A stretch of DNA of 64,000 bases. Source: Octopus vulgaris (lineage: Eukaryota). The stretch covers positions 8,370,001 through 8,434,000 of the forward strand of contig OX597830.1 of assembly GCA_951406725.2 (NCBI GenBank), in the 5' to 3' direction. A model generated the notes under the pieces. The model was not told the DNA's origin and made no database searches. It saw only the letters and a list, made by a program, of their open reading frames with translations. A program made the position numbers and the translations under genes. Positions 24,379-37,699 of this stretch are shown piece by piece. The number at the start of each line of letters is the position of its first letter. Positions within the stretch are counted from its first letter, which is position 1.

Positions 24379-26830
24379 CAAAAGATATATATGTTGATGA
24401 ATTTGTTTCGCAAGATTTCTGATGTGAAATCGTATGTTGAAACAAATGCTGTTATATTTCAAGATGGTCATCTTATTTCTTTTCTTGCCAAATAAACACA
24501 CACACTGTATATTCGTTCTTCACTCGTTAATTATTGTTCTTATTTTATCTTATGTCCATTGTCTGGAAATCTTTCATCATACACCCATGACCTCTTCAAC
24601 AGGAAGAGACATGTGGGATGGAAGAGTCACTGAAGTGGTCACAGGTGTGTGATTAAAGATTCCCAGGCAATGAACATAAAATAAACTCTTGTATAGTGAA
24701 ACTGTGTACCCTTGCCAGTAAAAAGTGGTAGAAGACAGACCAGTGGCTGGTCTTCAAGAGAGAGTCGAAGAGTTGAGAGTCGAAGAGTTGAGTCGAGAGT
24801 CAAAGAGTTAAGAGTCAACAGTTCTAGTCAGTGTCTTGTGGAGCTATCAGCAAGATACAACAGTATCTGATGACTTGTAACTATTGTGGCTACTAGTGTA
24901 AAACAGCAACTAAAGTACAACGGCAGCCACACATCTAATATATATCATTTACTTGCTTTAGCCATTTGATTGTGGCCCTGCTGGGGCAATGCCTTATATG
25001 TATGTGTGTGTATATATATATATACACATATATATAGATAGATATATATATACATATACACACACACACACACACACATACATATCTTCCTATCTATATA
25101 AACATTTTCATTCCTACTTTTCTATATATGCCTATATACACATAGCTAGATCTACCTTTCTATACACACATCACTTTTATATACACAATTCAGTAAAAAA
25201 AAAACAAAAAAAAAAACACTCTTAGATTGAAGGAAGAAACATTCTAAAAAGACAAAATGTGACCAACACCTCTGAAACAATCCATTATTTTAGAATTTTG
25301 CTATTCATTGGTGATGTCTTGAATTCTCACTGCACCAATATAGTATTTCTTCTTGGAATCTTTGCAGCAGCTGTTGGAATAAACTGATTAGTTATTTGTT
25401 TCTTAATTATTTCCTTTTTCCTATTCAAAATTTCTCAAAATTTCCAGACAGTAGGATGGAATTTTCCATCTTGTATTTCTTTCTCATTGTCTAATGTAAG
25501 GCACCAACCATATTTAGAGAATAAAAACTTTTATGTTTATCCATGTTTTTATTCCGCAGATAAGACGTGATGATGAATTTACTGAAAATATATTTGGCAT
25601 CAATGAATTTACCAAATATGTAAATAGCAAGATGAAGGAATTTCTCAAAGATGTATTTAGCATCACAAAGAATTTACCAATGGTATATTTGATATCGCAA
25701 ATTTATCAAAGATGTTTTCGACAAAAAGAAGAATTTACCAAAAATACATTTAGCAGGATGAAGAATTTAGTGACAATGTGTTTGGCATAAGAAATTTACC
25801 AATGATGTATTTTGGCATAATGATGAATTTACCAACAGTCTATTGATTTGTAATGTCATTACATTCCGTAGAAATTTCAAGCAGTGTATTTATTTGAAAC
25901 GATCTTTCGACAAACCTCTTATTGCTACGCCACCATACCATCATGATATCATAACATTAACATATTATAAATCAATCGATATATATTTATCTCATGATAT
26001 CACGGCAGATTATGGATCAATAAATCAATCCAAATTTATCTCAAGCCAGTGTGATAAATACACATAATTCCTATATCTGTTTTATATCAAATAAATTCTT
26101 CAGTCAATGATTATTTATCCCAAAGATAGCTAAATGTTTCGTAAATCACATTGTACTGATTTAAAAAAAAGAAAGGACATATTGGTTACTGTTGTCCCAG
26201 ATATCGCAGTGTCTAAAATATAAGACTGGAAGTTCACAACTGGAATGTCATTGATGGCTGATCAATCAGATAAGTGATGACATGGAATCAAATAAAAATA
26301 ACAACATCATAGCCAAAGAAGATGCTAAAAGGTTACGCAATGCACTAGAAATAACAGTGAACTCTCACTCAAAGTGCTTTAAAATAAAGTTGGAAGTGGG
26401 GAGTGTACATTTGATAACATAACAATATTTCTGAGAAAATAAGACAAGATGGTCGCAGCTAGAAAACCTATCAAAAGGAACTATAGTGGTTCTCAAATAA
26501 CCTAGGGTTAACCCAGGGCTAAAGCATGATACTCCAACACTGTAATGAAAAACTCAGCATTTATTTGAGGTTTGAAGAACTTGGAGTCATGACTTACACT
26601 TTGGATTATAGAGAAGGAGGGTGTAGCAGACAACTAGCTTTACTTTTGTTCATGACTTCCTAGGCAAGAAACAGGATGAGACAACAGGATGGACACCAGG
26701 GATGTAGAGAAATGACCAGGGTAACCGGTCTCTCTCACAATGTTCTGAGGTACATCTGCCACAGTGATATTGCTTGGAGATAGTCTTTCTGCCCAGTGAA
26801 ACTTGGCAACCCTAACCCTAACCATATCTG

Positions 26831-27602
26831 CAAGGCTGTGGAGTCAAAACAAAAAACTTTAACTCTGACTCTTGACTCTGATTCTGACTCCTCTTTATGT
26901 AATTCAGGGATTGTGGTCTAAATATCTCACAAAGCATATGCATACGCTTGTACTTTGAATAGGCCTATATATTATAACTGGTTTATATCTATATATATAA
27001 AACTGTAGTTGTGTGAGTGTCTGTCCCCTTCGATTTAGATTCCTAACTACTCCCACATTTTGCGGTGCAGTTTAACCAAATTCGGGTATCTTATAGTCGT
27101 GATTCATATCGAGCCCGTCAGGGTATTAGCGCGCGTCTACAATGAGTCTACGATTTTTAAAATAATTTAACATTTTTTATTCCATTTTAATGCATAATTT
27201 TTCGTGTGTCGATGGCGGCGGAGTTGGTGTCCACGCTCACATCTGCACCTGTTTGCTTCTCCCCCTTCTTCCCTCCCTCGTGAAGCTGTGGGGAAGGGAG
27301 TGTATGGAAATCAACGTCGTAAAGCGTTGTCAAGGAGACCAGCGTTCTTTTAGAACAACGACTTCATGGCTTGAAGACACCAAAACAGAAATGGCTAAGA
27401 AAGCCCGAATTGGCATCTATAAGGGAAGTAACTCTCTAAAAATGCTTGTATAGTTATTTCCCTTACAAACCCGAGCAACGCCGGGCGATACTGCTAGTTA
27501 AAGAATAAAGATATTGTGAGTCAAAGTCAGTACAGTTTTACTGACTCCGGCTCCAGCTATCCATTAATTGTTTCCAACTCCGACTCCAACGTCACAGCTC
27601 TG
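26831..27602. mobile_element. hAT-like MITE with (ggagtc/gactcc) subterminal repeats, containing a Helitron
   Basis: TIR caaggctgtg / cacagctctg; 8-bp TSD catatctg at 26823-26830 and 27603-27610. Confidence 0.75.
26988..27497 (+). mobile_element. Non-autonomous Helitron
   Basis: 5' A|TC-tatatatataaaa, 3' hairpin cccgagcaacgccggg, terminal CTAG|T, no TSD. Confidence 0.85.
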
Positions 27603-27805
27603 CATATCTGGCCAGAATATTCTATCAGCTTGATGTTCAGTCTGACAAAACCCAGCCTCTCACATCTACCTAACAATGTCATTCTAACAGGAAACAATCA
27701 CATCATTGAAATCTCAAAGCTGTGAGATAATGCATGATTAATTGAAAACAACAGGAACGGAAAAGCATTACATTTGACAGAGAAATCTGAATGCTAAAAG
27801 GTTAA
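27603..27805 (+). mobile_element. piggyBac-like MITE, right part
   Basis: Similar to 45108-45330; ends ctgaatgctaaaagg-TTAA. Confidence 0.6.
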
Positions 27806-28057
27806 AGAAGTTCACCAATAGTTTAAAATACACTGGCAACTACTTTCAGCCTGGTTTAATCAACCCTACTCTCTTCTGCATGGAGCTACAGATGAGAGCA
27901 GGGTGTTAACCACACCTCACTATAGTACCTATTTACAATAAGGTAGACTGAGCCAGAAAAGGTATAAATATATATTATTGTCATCATTTATTCTGCATGC
28001 TTTCTTAATTTGTTTTGTAGTTGGGTTTTTTTTTTCTAGATTTGTTTATTTCTTCAG

Positions 28058-28195
28058 TTAACTTCTGAAGAAATACAAGACAACGCGAGAGACTGGATTG
28101 AAATGAAGTTGGAATGGAAACACCAAACCAGACAATCTAGTGGCGAGTCAGCCATCTCTCACAGTGACTCATTCCGATATGATGATGGCATATGA
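28058..28195 (+). CDS. Candidate terminal coding exon (LTSEEIQDNARDWIEMKLEWKHQTRQSSGESAISHSDSFRYDDGI*), product unknown
   Basis: Strong acceptor ttgtttatttcttcag, non-repetitive sequence, open to a stop; no homology recognised. Confidence 0.25.
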   Translation, partial: LTSEEIQDNARDWIEMKLEWKHQTRQSSGESAISHSDSFRYDDGI

Positions 28196-29007
28196 TAATC
28201 TATTGATATCACAAGCAAAATATCAAAGTATATTTGAAATCACAAGTACAATACAGTAACGATAACAACAACAACAACGTCAGCAACGTCGGCGACGACA
28301 ACGAAGAAGACAATGTCAACAAGAGACAGAGGAAATGATGGCAGCACCAATATGACTGTCTGATACTTTGGTTCATCTTTGCCAGATTCTGCTATTAATG
28401 GTAACAGCCTACACCATTTCACTGTTGCTATGGTGATACATGAAATATCTGTCTATCTACAGCCATGTCTATATCCATGTGGAACTACGCCTAATATTAC
28501 ATGTGCGTGTATGTGTGTTTGTATGTGTATGTGTGTTTGTATGTGTGTATGTGTCTGTGTGTGTGTGTGTGTGTGTCTGTGTGTGTGTCTGTGTGTGTGT
28601 GTGTCTGTGTGTGTATCCACTTGTTAAACACTCACAGACACACAATACACACACTCACACAAACGTGTGCATGTATATATAAATATATATTACTGGCTTT
28701 AATAAAATGGAGTATGGCCATGCTACAGTTCCAATTGCAAGACATTGTTGTCGTTTTTCTAAATCATCAACTCCGGTGCATATTTCAGCATGAGGCTCAT
28801 TTTATCGAACCCTGTTTCTTAAACTGTTAAGTTGCTAGAAAAGAAAGTACACAATATAAACTGGTGTAAACACACAGATACACACACACAGAAATATATA
28901 CTTACACACACACACACACATACATATATATACATATATGTAAATATATATATATATATACATGCATGCGTGTATTTATAGTTATGTGTTTATATATATG
29001 TATATCT

Positions 29008-29318
29008 GGAGGCGCAATGGCCCAGTGGTTAGGGCAGCGGACTCGCGGTCGTAGGATCGCGGTTTCGATTCCCAGACCAGGCGTTGTGAGTGTTTATTGA
29101 GCGAAAACACCTAAAGCTCCATGAGGCTCCAGCAGGGGGTGGTGGCAATCCCTGCTGTACTCTTTCGCCACAACTTTCTCTCACTCTTTCTTCTGTTGGC
29201 CTGCTCGCTTAGCCAGCGGGGTAGCGTCATTTGAAGGCTAAAACAATGGGAAGCGCATTGTGACCAGCGATGTGTAGCAACATCTGATAGCCTGGTCGGT
29301 CACGGTGATCACGGTGAT
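29008..29318 (+). mobile_element. tRNA(Arg-like)-derived SINE, family B (full length)
   Basis: ggaggcgcaatggcccagtggttagg (A box), ggtttcgattcc (B box), tail (cacggtgat)2. Confidence 0.92.
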
Positions 29319-29323
29319 ATATA

Positions 29324-29361
<38 letters not shown>

Positions 29362-29769
29362 AACACACAAACACATTTAAACAATGTATACACACCAATA
29401 TCCACATACATATGTTTTTATACAAACATTCACAGATATATACATGCTTCTACAAACATAAGGATGTATGTATGTATATATACATGCATACATACAGTAC
29501 TGTGCAAAAGTCTTTGGCCATTTCAAATTATTGTAAATTTTTACTAATTGCCAACTTATAAGTGGCTGTTTCACATTGCATTTTTTACATTGGTCCTGTT
29601 AGAATCATTTCCATACCTAATCCTTATATTTTGTTGTAGGGGGTTCCGAATGAAAGGGGAAGATGTGAGATGACCACCAAAAATGGTCGTGCAAAAGTTT
29701 TCAGCCGCCTCACATAAACCAATCAAGATACAGTGTTTTAAAACAGAAAATGTCTATAATGAAAATTTA

Positions 29770-30163
29770 CCTGTTAAGTCAAGTTCATCAACATCAAAAA
29801 TTTGAATGGTAATTGTAGTTAAGACACCAGTGCTGGTGACACGTAAAAGCACCGTTCGAGCATAGCAGTTACTAGCGTCGCCTGACTGGTGTCCCTGTCG
29901 GTGACACGTAAAAGCACCAACCGATCGTGGCCGTTTGCCAGCCTGCTCTGGCCCCTGTGCCAGTGGCACGTAAAAAGCACCCACTACACTCACGGAGTGG
30001 TTGGCATTAGGAAGAGCATCCAGCTGTAGAAACACTGCCAAATCAGACTGGAGCCTGGTGCAGCCTCCATGGCTTACCAGACCCTGGTCAAACCGTCCAA
30101 CCCATGCTAGCATGGAAAATGGACGTTAACTGATGATGATGATAATGATGATGATGATGATGA
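29770..30163 (+). mobile_element. RTE LINE 3'-UTR fragment (three modules)
   Basis: Same tail family; lies within a probable Tc1-like relic starting TAcagtactgtgcaaaagt at ~29492. Confidence 0.85.
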
Positions 30164-30361
30164 ATGTTCATTTCAAGAAGTTACTGTACATTGTTAATAT
30201 TTCATAGATACACATGAAACAAAATGAAACAAAACCATTTTCAAATGTCTATCTACATATAACTTTTTATTGCTCCATTCTAAACAAAACTGGCCAACAA
30301 ACAGGAACATGAAACTCTGAGTAACAGTTTTTTTGTGATATTTTTGCTGCCTTTTAATAAA

Positions 30362-30392
<31 letters not shown>

Positions 30393-30396
30393 ATGT

Positions 30397-30706
30397 GGAG
30401 GCACAATGGCCCAGTGGTTAGGGCAGTGGACTCGTGGTCGGAGGATCGTGGTTTCGATTCCCAGACCGGGTGTTGTGTGTGTTTATTGAGTGAAAACACC
30501 TAAAGCTCCACGAGGCTCCAACAGGGGGGGGGGCAACCCCTGTTATACTGTTTCGCCCCAACTTTCTCTCACTCTTTCTAACTGTTTCTTGAGCAACGCT
30601 GCGCCGGACTGGCGTCCCGTCCAGCTGGGGGAGAACACATACACTACAGAAACCGGGAAACCGGGCCCATGAGCTTGGCTAGGCTTGAAAAGGGCACATA
30701 AATAAA
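30397..30706 (+). mobile_element. SINE family B head and body with an alternative 3' tail
   Basis: Matches the 29008 copy up to ~30580, then diverges into ggactggcgtcccgtccag...gaaaccggg. Confidence 0.85.
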
Positions 30707-32714
30707 TATATATATATATATATATATATCATATTCTGTCACATGTCCACCTTGTCCTTTAACCTCACATCTGTCTTCCCTTCTTCCAGATAGGCATGTC
30801 ATTTAGTCACCTCTTCAGCAAGGTACCTACTCCTCTCTATCCATCATAGTTTCTTATCCCTCCATTCTGTACTCCACTCATTTGAGGGGTCTTGACTTGC
30901 GGGAACTTGGTGACCTCGACAGTGCTGGTGCCACATGAAAAAGACCCAGTTCACTCTGTAAAGTGGTTGGCACTAGGAAGGGCACTCATCTGTAGGAACT
31001 ATGCCAAAGCAGACATGAGGCACAATGCAGCTGTCTGGCTCCTCTATTCTCATTGAACCTTCCAACCCATGCCAGCATGTAAAAGTGGACGTTAAATGAT
31101 GATGATATATAATTCTAAGCTACATCTCATGGATGGTAACATCATCAGTGATGTTTCTGGGGTCTTAGGGAGTTTTGGGTTGAGAGGAGCCAAAACTCAT
31201 TAAGGAGACCTTCAGAAGTGTTACTGTTGTTGTTGGAGGTGGTAGTAGTGGTGATGATGGTGTTGCTGTTATTGGTGATGCTGTAGTGGCAGTTGTGGTG
31301 GTGGTGGTGGTGGTGGTGGTGGTCAATTAGACCTATGGTCACTGATCAAAAGCAGTCCAGCCTTGACCATCTCATCTTTCTGTAAAACTTGAAGCCACAC
31401 TGTCCAAACTGTCCTTCCTAATTTAAAACAGTAGAAGGTGATTTGAGAGAATTAAGCTGCTATTTCTAACAGAGTTTCCCTTGTTAGCTCATTAAAACAT
31501 TTCCTTCTGCCCCGAAACAATTTTGAGGTTAAAAATTACAAATTAATGGAAAAAAAATATTTCTTGAATAGATTTTATTCCCCAAATTCATTTTAAAACT
31601 AAACCAAAACCTGTTTACACAAACAGAATATATTAATTAACAAACACTATATTAATTAATATGCTGTATGATGTCTCACAGTTAATTAGCAATCTCATTT
31701 GGGTTTTTTTCATTCTTTCATTCTCTTTAGAATTTTCGAAATTAGATTTTATTTAAAATAAAATATAAAAAAAAAAACAAATGTCTATGTTAGTGTTTCT
31801 ACCACCATCATCATCGCCATCACCATCAGCATCATCATCATCATCATCATCCTCACCACCATTACTTTCCCTAATAGTAAACTGTTCCTCCCTTTACAAT
31901 TTCTGTCTCCAGCATCACCATCACCACCATACCTATCCCTATTGCAACCAACCCTGTCCCTTTGCCATCCACACGACCACTACCACCCCCCTCTCTCCGT
32001 CACCACCAACCAAATCTACCCCCACCCACCCCCGGCTACCATGAACCACATTCCTTCATCACCCGCACAACCATCTATCCACCCTCAACCAAACAATTAC
32101 AACCACCACCAACATCATTGCCATCTCCTCCACCACCACCATCCTCGTCATCCTTATTACCAACGCCATCATCTCCACTCCATCTCCACCTCCAACACCA
32201 CCATTACCACCATCTCTACCTCCTCCACCACCACCATCTTTACCTCCTCTACCACCACCATCATCTCTACCTCCTCCACCACCATCATCTCTACCTCCTC
32301 CACCACCACCATCATCATCTCTACCTCCTCCACCACCACCATCATTTCTACCTCCTCCTCCACCATCACCACCATCTCTACCTCCTCCTCCACCACCACC
32401 ACCATCTCTACCTCCTCCACCACCACCACCACCATCATCATCAACACACTCATGAAAACCTTAGAAAAGCCAGTTCTTTGACAATTCCAGAAACCAGATT
32501 ATGTAATTAACCGTTATTGGGAGACAAAAGAAAACAACAAAACAAAAAAATTTTTTTTTTTAAATATATAAAAATACAGAAAACAAAGCAAAAAAAAGAC
32601 TAAAAAATGAAGTTGGAAACTTGAAAGAATTTTGATTATTTTTTAAAATTTTATTTGTTTCTTCAAAGAAAAATTAAATATAAGTGGTGGGTGGCACGAT
32701 GCCAGGGTGGCAGT

Positions 32715-33422
32715 AGGACATGGTGACACAGCTGTGCGTGGGTGGCACAGTGACATGGAGACATAGTGATACAGCACTGATGGTGAATGCTACAGGGTGA
32801 CATGAAGACAATGACAAGGTGACATTGACATGGTGACAGGGTGACATTAACATCGTAGCAAGGTGGAAGTAGCATAGTGACAGGGTGACCATGACACGGT
32901 GACAGAGTAGCAGTAACATAGTGATACAGTGACACTGACATGGTGACAGGGTGACAATAATATAGTAACCATAGTGACATTGACATGGTGACAGGGTGAC
33001 AGTACCATAGTGACAGTGACATACTGACAGCAACATAGTAATCCTGGCAAGTGACATGGTGATAAGGTGACACCGATATGGTGACAAGGTGAGTAACATA
33101 ATGGGTGACAGGGTGACAGCAACATAGTAGCCATGGTAACAGTGAAAATGATAGTGAGATAGTGAAAGGGTGAATGACAGAATGACATGATGAAGGTGAC
33201 AGAGTGTCAGAGTAATGGTGACAGAGTGACACAGTGTCATAATGACAATTGACATGTTGACAGTAGTGACAGAGTAACATAGAAACATGGTGCCATGTGC
33301 CATGGTGATACGGTGCCAATCTGAATGTCACGGGGTGACATGGAGACAAGGTGACAGTGAAATAGTGACACAGTGACAATGACAGGGTGACATAGATAAA
33401 ATAACATGGTGTGATGACATGG
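32715..33422. repeat. Degenerate GTGACA-rich cryptic repeat
   Basis: Dozens of gtgaca/ggtgac words with irregular spacing. Confidence 0.8.
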
Positions 33423-34222
33423 GTCAACAGCAAATTCTTGAGAAACTATTAAATACACCAGTCAACAAATTCACGATGATGATGGTGTTGATGATGAGGA
33501 GGAGGAGGAAGAAGAGGAGGAGGATAAAAATAGTCATGTTGATTGTGATTATAACGGAGATGTTGCTGATGATGATGATGAAGATATAATCATGGTGGTG
33601 ATTGTATGATGATGATGAGGGGAGATCATGATGATGATGATGATGATTGCAAGAGTCATATGATGGTGGTAGTGATGGCGATGATGATGGTTGTGAAAAT
33701 GATAATGGCTGTGATTATGACAATGATGATGATGAACAATGCTTTTTTTTTTTCCATATCATTAGACATACACAAATGACCAATTTATTTAAGACAGCAT
33801 CACTAAATAGATGGACCCCAGAAAATTACTGTCAACTCACTGCTCTGTCTGAGAGCAAGATTTGAACCAGCAATGGGCAGGCATGAAACTTACAACACCC
33901 AGCAATCTTCATGGACTGTCAACATGCTTGAAACAGCAGCTAATGTGCCCTCGCATCACACACTAATGTCTTAATAAGAGAAGACATTAGACAATCTAGC
34001 CTTATATACACAGACAGAAGGAGTGGTCATGGATGGGAGGTCTTGTGGGGTTAGTATTGAACTGAGAGGGACAACCAAAAGGTATTACTCTCCTGACTGA
34101 GCCTTTTTCACTGCTATGATGACAGTGTTTCCTACACCTTCACCATCACCACCACCTTGTTTGTAAGGGTTGGAGTAGGGAATTGCCTGACTATTGTGGC
34201 TTTCATGCCCCTCCTAATATCA

Positions 34223-34255
<33 letters not shown>

Positions 34256-34256
<1 letters not shown>

Positions 34257-34470
34257 CTTTACTCTTTTACTTGTTTCAGTCATGTGACTGTGGCCATGCT
34301 GGAACACTGCCTTTAGTCGAGCAAATCGACCCCAGGACTTATTCTTTGGAAGCCTAGCGCTTTTTCTATCGGTCTCTTTGCCGAACCGCTAAGTTACGGG
34401 GACGTAAACACACCAGCATCGGTTGTCAAGCAATGTTGGGGAACAGACACAGACACACAAAGATATACAT

Positions 34471-34518
<48 letters not shown>

Positions 34519-34612
34519 TCATATATACGACGGGCTTCTTTTCAGTTTCCATCTACCAAATCCACTCACAAGGCTTTGGTAGGTCCGAGGCTATAGTAGA
34601 AGACACTTGCCC
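34256..34612 (-). mobile_element. SINE family A lacking its head, abutting an old family-D-like copy (34612-34830)
   Basis: Matches the family A body and tail. Confidence 0.85.
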
Positions 34613-34838
34613 TTTCTACAGTAGGTACAAGGCCTGAAATTTTGGTGGGGAGGGGTGCTAGTCAATTACATCAACCCCAGTGTGTAACTGGTACTTATTT
34701 CATCGACCCCATCCCATCCCCGAAAGGATGAAAGGTAAAAATCAGTCTCGGTGGAATTTGAACTTGGAACATAAAGAGAAATGAAATGCTGCTAACCATC
34801 TTACCTGGCATGCTAACGATTCTGCCAGCACCACTGTT

Positions 34839-34872
<34 letters not shown>

Positions 34873-34873
34873 T

Positions 34874-35230
34874 AACAAGAGCACTCGGAGAGTGCAAACC
34901 TCCGCCAAGGCAACACCAACATCCTCTCAACGATTAGCCAGAGATGATTTTTAATATGAGAACATTTGAAAACTGCTCTCAAAAACGAGAATACTAAAAA
35001 TGAACCTGACTGCTCTCAAAAATTCATTTTTAAAATATAGGAAAATAATCTAGAATCCTTTTCCGGTACTGGATCGATCCCAAAATCTAATCAGTTCGTG
35101 CCAGTCATGAGGCCAAACATCCCTCAAAGTTTCATCTGAATTCATCCAGCAGTTCTTGAGATATCTTGTCCACGGACCAACAAACAAATATGACTGAAAA
35201 CAATACCTCCACCTTCACTACAGCAGAGGT
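34874..35230. mobile_element. HINE-like (Helentron-associated) non-autonomous element
   Basis: aacaagagc start, subterminal acctccgcc / gcagaggt inverted motif, caaacaaa tract and aagtttcat..gagatatc core, which resemble mollusc/fish HINEs (from memory). Confidence 0.5.
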
Positions 35231-35611
35231 TTCAAATTCCGCCGAGGTCAACTTAGCCTTTCATCCTTTCGGGATCGATAAATTAATTACCAGTTACACA
35301 CTGGGGTCGATGTAATCGACTTAATCCATTTGTCTGTCCTTGTTTGTCTTCTCTGTGTTTAGCCCCTTGTGGGTAGTAAAGAAATCGGTAATAATAATGG
35401 TGGTTTCAAATTTTGGCACAAAGCCAGCAATTTTGGTGGGGAGAGTAAGTCGATTACATTGATCCTAGTGCATAACTGGTAGTTATTTCATCAACTCTGA
35501 AAAGATGAAAGGAAAAGTCGACTTTGGCAGAATTTGAACTCAGAACGTGAAGATGGACGAAATGTCACTAAGCACTATCGCTGGTGCAATAATGACTCTG
35601 CCAGCTGACCA

Positions 35612-36290
35612 TTCATCCATCATTGTTAACAATGACCATGGACATCACACAAGAGAAAACAAGGCATGGTGTGTCTGGCTGTGGTCAAAACTGTCCAATG
35701 CATATTTGGAAGGCCCTACCACAAGTCAGGCTCTGGTGGTCTGCTGGGTCACAAGGCAAGGGGTTGGCTCTGGACTTGCACAGTTCAGGTTTTCTCTACA
35801 CTCCAACTTCTGTTTGTAGGAGATGGCACCTCTGTTGGTGAGCTGGCAAAAACGTTAGCACGCCGGGCGAAATGCTTAATGGTATTTCGTCTGCCACTAC
35901 ATTCTGAGTTCAAATTCCGCCGAGGGCGACTTTGCCTTTCATCCTTTCAGGGTCAATAAATTTAGTACCAGTTACGCACTGGGGTCGATATAATCAACTT
36001 AATCCGTTTGTCTGTCCTTGTTTGTCCCCTCTGTGTTTAGCCCCTTGTGGGTAGTAAAGAAATAGGTACCTCTGTTGGTTCAGCCTCACCTGGCAGGGCA
36101 GTCCTATGTTTACAATTTCCAGGTGTCAGGGTCGATCTCAAAATACTTCAGTGAGGGTTCGAGTGTGTCCTTGAAGTGCTGGTTCTGTCCACCTTATGTG
36201 TCCTTGCCTTTTGCCAGTTTTGTTGTAAAACAGTCTTTTGAGGAGTTGTACATCAGACATCCGAACAAGGGGGGGGGGCTACCCTCCTGA
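35612..36290 (-). pseudogene. Old degenerate RTE (BovB-like) ORF C-terminus, split by a SINE
   Basis: Minus strand reads GGQNQHFKDTLEPSLKYFEIDPDTW ... RGAISY ... TCGRAFQICIG with stops and frameshifts. Confidence 0.7.
35837..36067 (+). mobile_element. SINE family D with ~12-bp TSD
   Basis: acctctgttggt at 35828-35839 and 36068-36079. Confidence 0.9.
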
Positions 36291-37367
36291 CCCGTGCTCC
36301 CCTCAGTAGAGTTTAATCAATGCATAATCAATGTGAAGTGATGGGAAGTGACTCGCCAACTGGGAAACAAAATGTGGAAGAAAGCCAGGAACTCGCTTTG
36401 GGATGCTTGTTTCTTTATTTATTAATTTTTTTATGGTGTTGACTGTTATTGATGTGAAGTAATAGAGAATTAGATCAGAAGGGGTTGAAGGATAAAGATA
36501 GAGAAGGGAAGAGAGAGAGAGAGAGGGACAAAGGGACAAGGGGTGGAGAGGGAACAGAGAAAATGAGTGAAGGAGGAAAAAGAGTGGGTGGGAGAAAGGG
36601 TGATAAAAGAAGGGATAGAGAGGAAAGGGGAGAGTAGGTGGAGTGAAGTGGAGGGAAAGAGAATGAGGAAAGGGAAGAGATAGAAGGGGAGGAATTGAGA
36701 GAGAGGGGAGATGGAGGGAGGGGAGGTAAAGAAGGAAAAAGAGAGAGGAAGGGGGAAAAGTGGTACATTGAGAGAAAGAGAGAAGAGAGACAAAGTAAAG
36801 GGAAAGAGAGAAAACAAGTAGAAGAAGAGTGAGAGGCAAAGAGAGGACAACAACGGGAGGGACGGGGAGAGGAGACTGAAAGAGGGAGGTGAAAATAGTG
36901 AGAAAAGGGAAGAGTTAGAAGGGGAGGAATAGTGAGAGAGGAGAAAATTGGTGAGAGAGGAGAAGAAAGAGAGAGGGTGGAGGGAAACAGAGAGAAGAAG
37001 AGGGAAAAGGAGAGATAATAAAGCTAGAAAGAAAGGGGGAGGGAGAAAAGGAAAGCAGAAGAGATTGAAAAGTAATAGGGTGAAATTAAAATCGAATGGC
37101 TGCTATTTAACCCCTGGTCAACACTGCCTGAGGAGCAAATCTATGATCAAAATAATTCCAGCCTTGACCTCCTACATATTTTCTTAGGTGACAGGAGCAT
37201 CGTGTACCTAAGACTACACTATCAAATGAGTCCGTTTTGGCTGTTATTTCTAGCATATTGGTTGAACATGTACAGGCTCTGTTGTTGTTGTTGGTGGTGG
37301 TGGAGGTGGTGGTAGTAGTGGCAATAGTTGCAGTGGTTGTAGAGATAGTGGTGGTGGCGAAGGTGGT

Positions 37368-37424
<57 letters not shown>

Positions 37425-37562
37425 GTTACCAATATATTTCCATAGAACAATATTGATCTGTCACTACGTAGCAAGAGATATTGAATATTTTTAAATGTAT
37501 GTATGTATAGCACACACGTATCAACACATGTGTATGTGTATGTATAGTGTGTGTGTGTGAGT

Positions 37563-37604
<42 letters not shown>

Positions 37605-37699
37605 GTTTTGGTGAGAGCATTTACATGTTTTTTTCCTTTTATTTTCAGCTGTAAAGCTTAATAAGTTACTCAAGGGCTGACAGTTTAGTGCATAGCACT

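Noticed and set aside
24392-24932. Possible solo LTR (TG...CA with internal gagagtc repeats)
   Set aside because: No TSD, PBS/PPT or second copy could be confirmed.
25293-25388. Short hydrophobic frame after ttttag (ILLFIGD...GIN*)
   Set aside because: Weak acceptor, and an equally plausible frame exists on the opposite strand; indistinguishable from chance.
26808-26823. Telomere-like (aaccct)n
   Set aside because: Fewer than three units; not meaningful.
29008-29080. tRNA genes at SINE heads (also 40920-40990 and 11016-11090)
   Set aside because: No proper acceptor stem, and each continues into a repeated SINE body.
36303-36853. Hydrophobic L/F/S/P-rich ORFs (also 56652-57470)
   Set aside because: Opposite strand of GA-rich low-complexity tracts.
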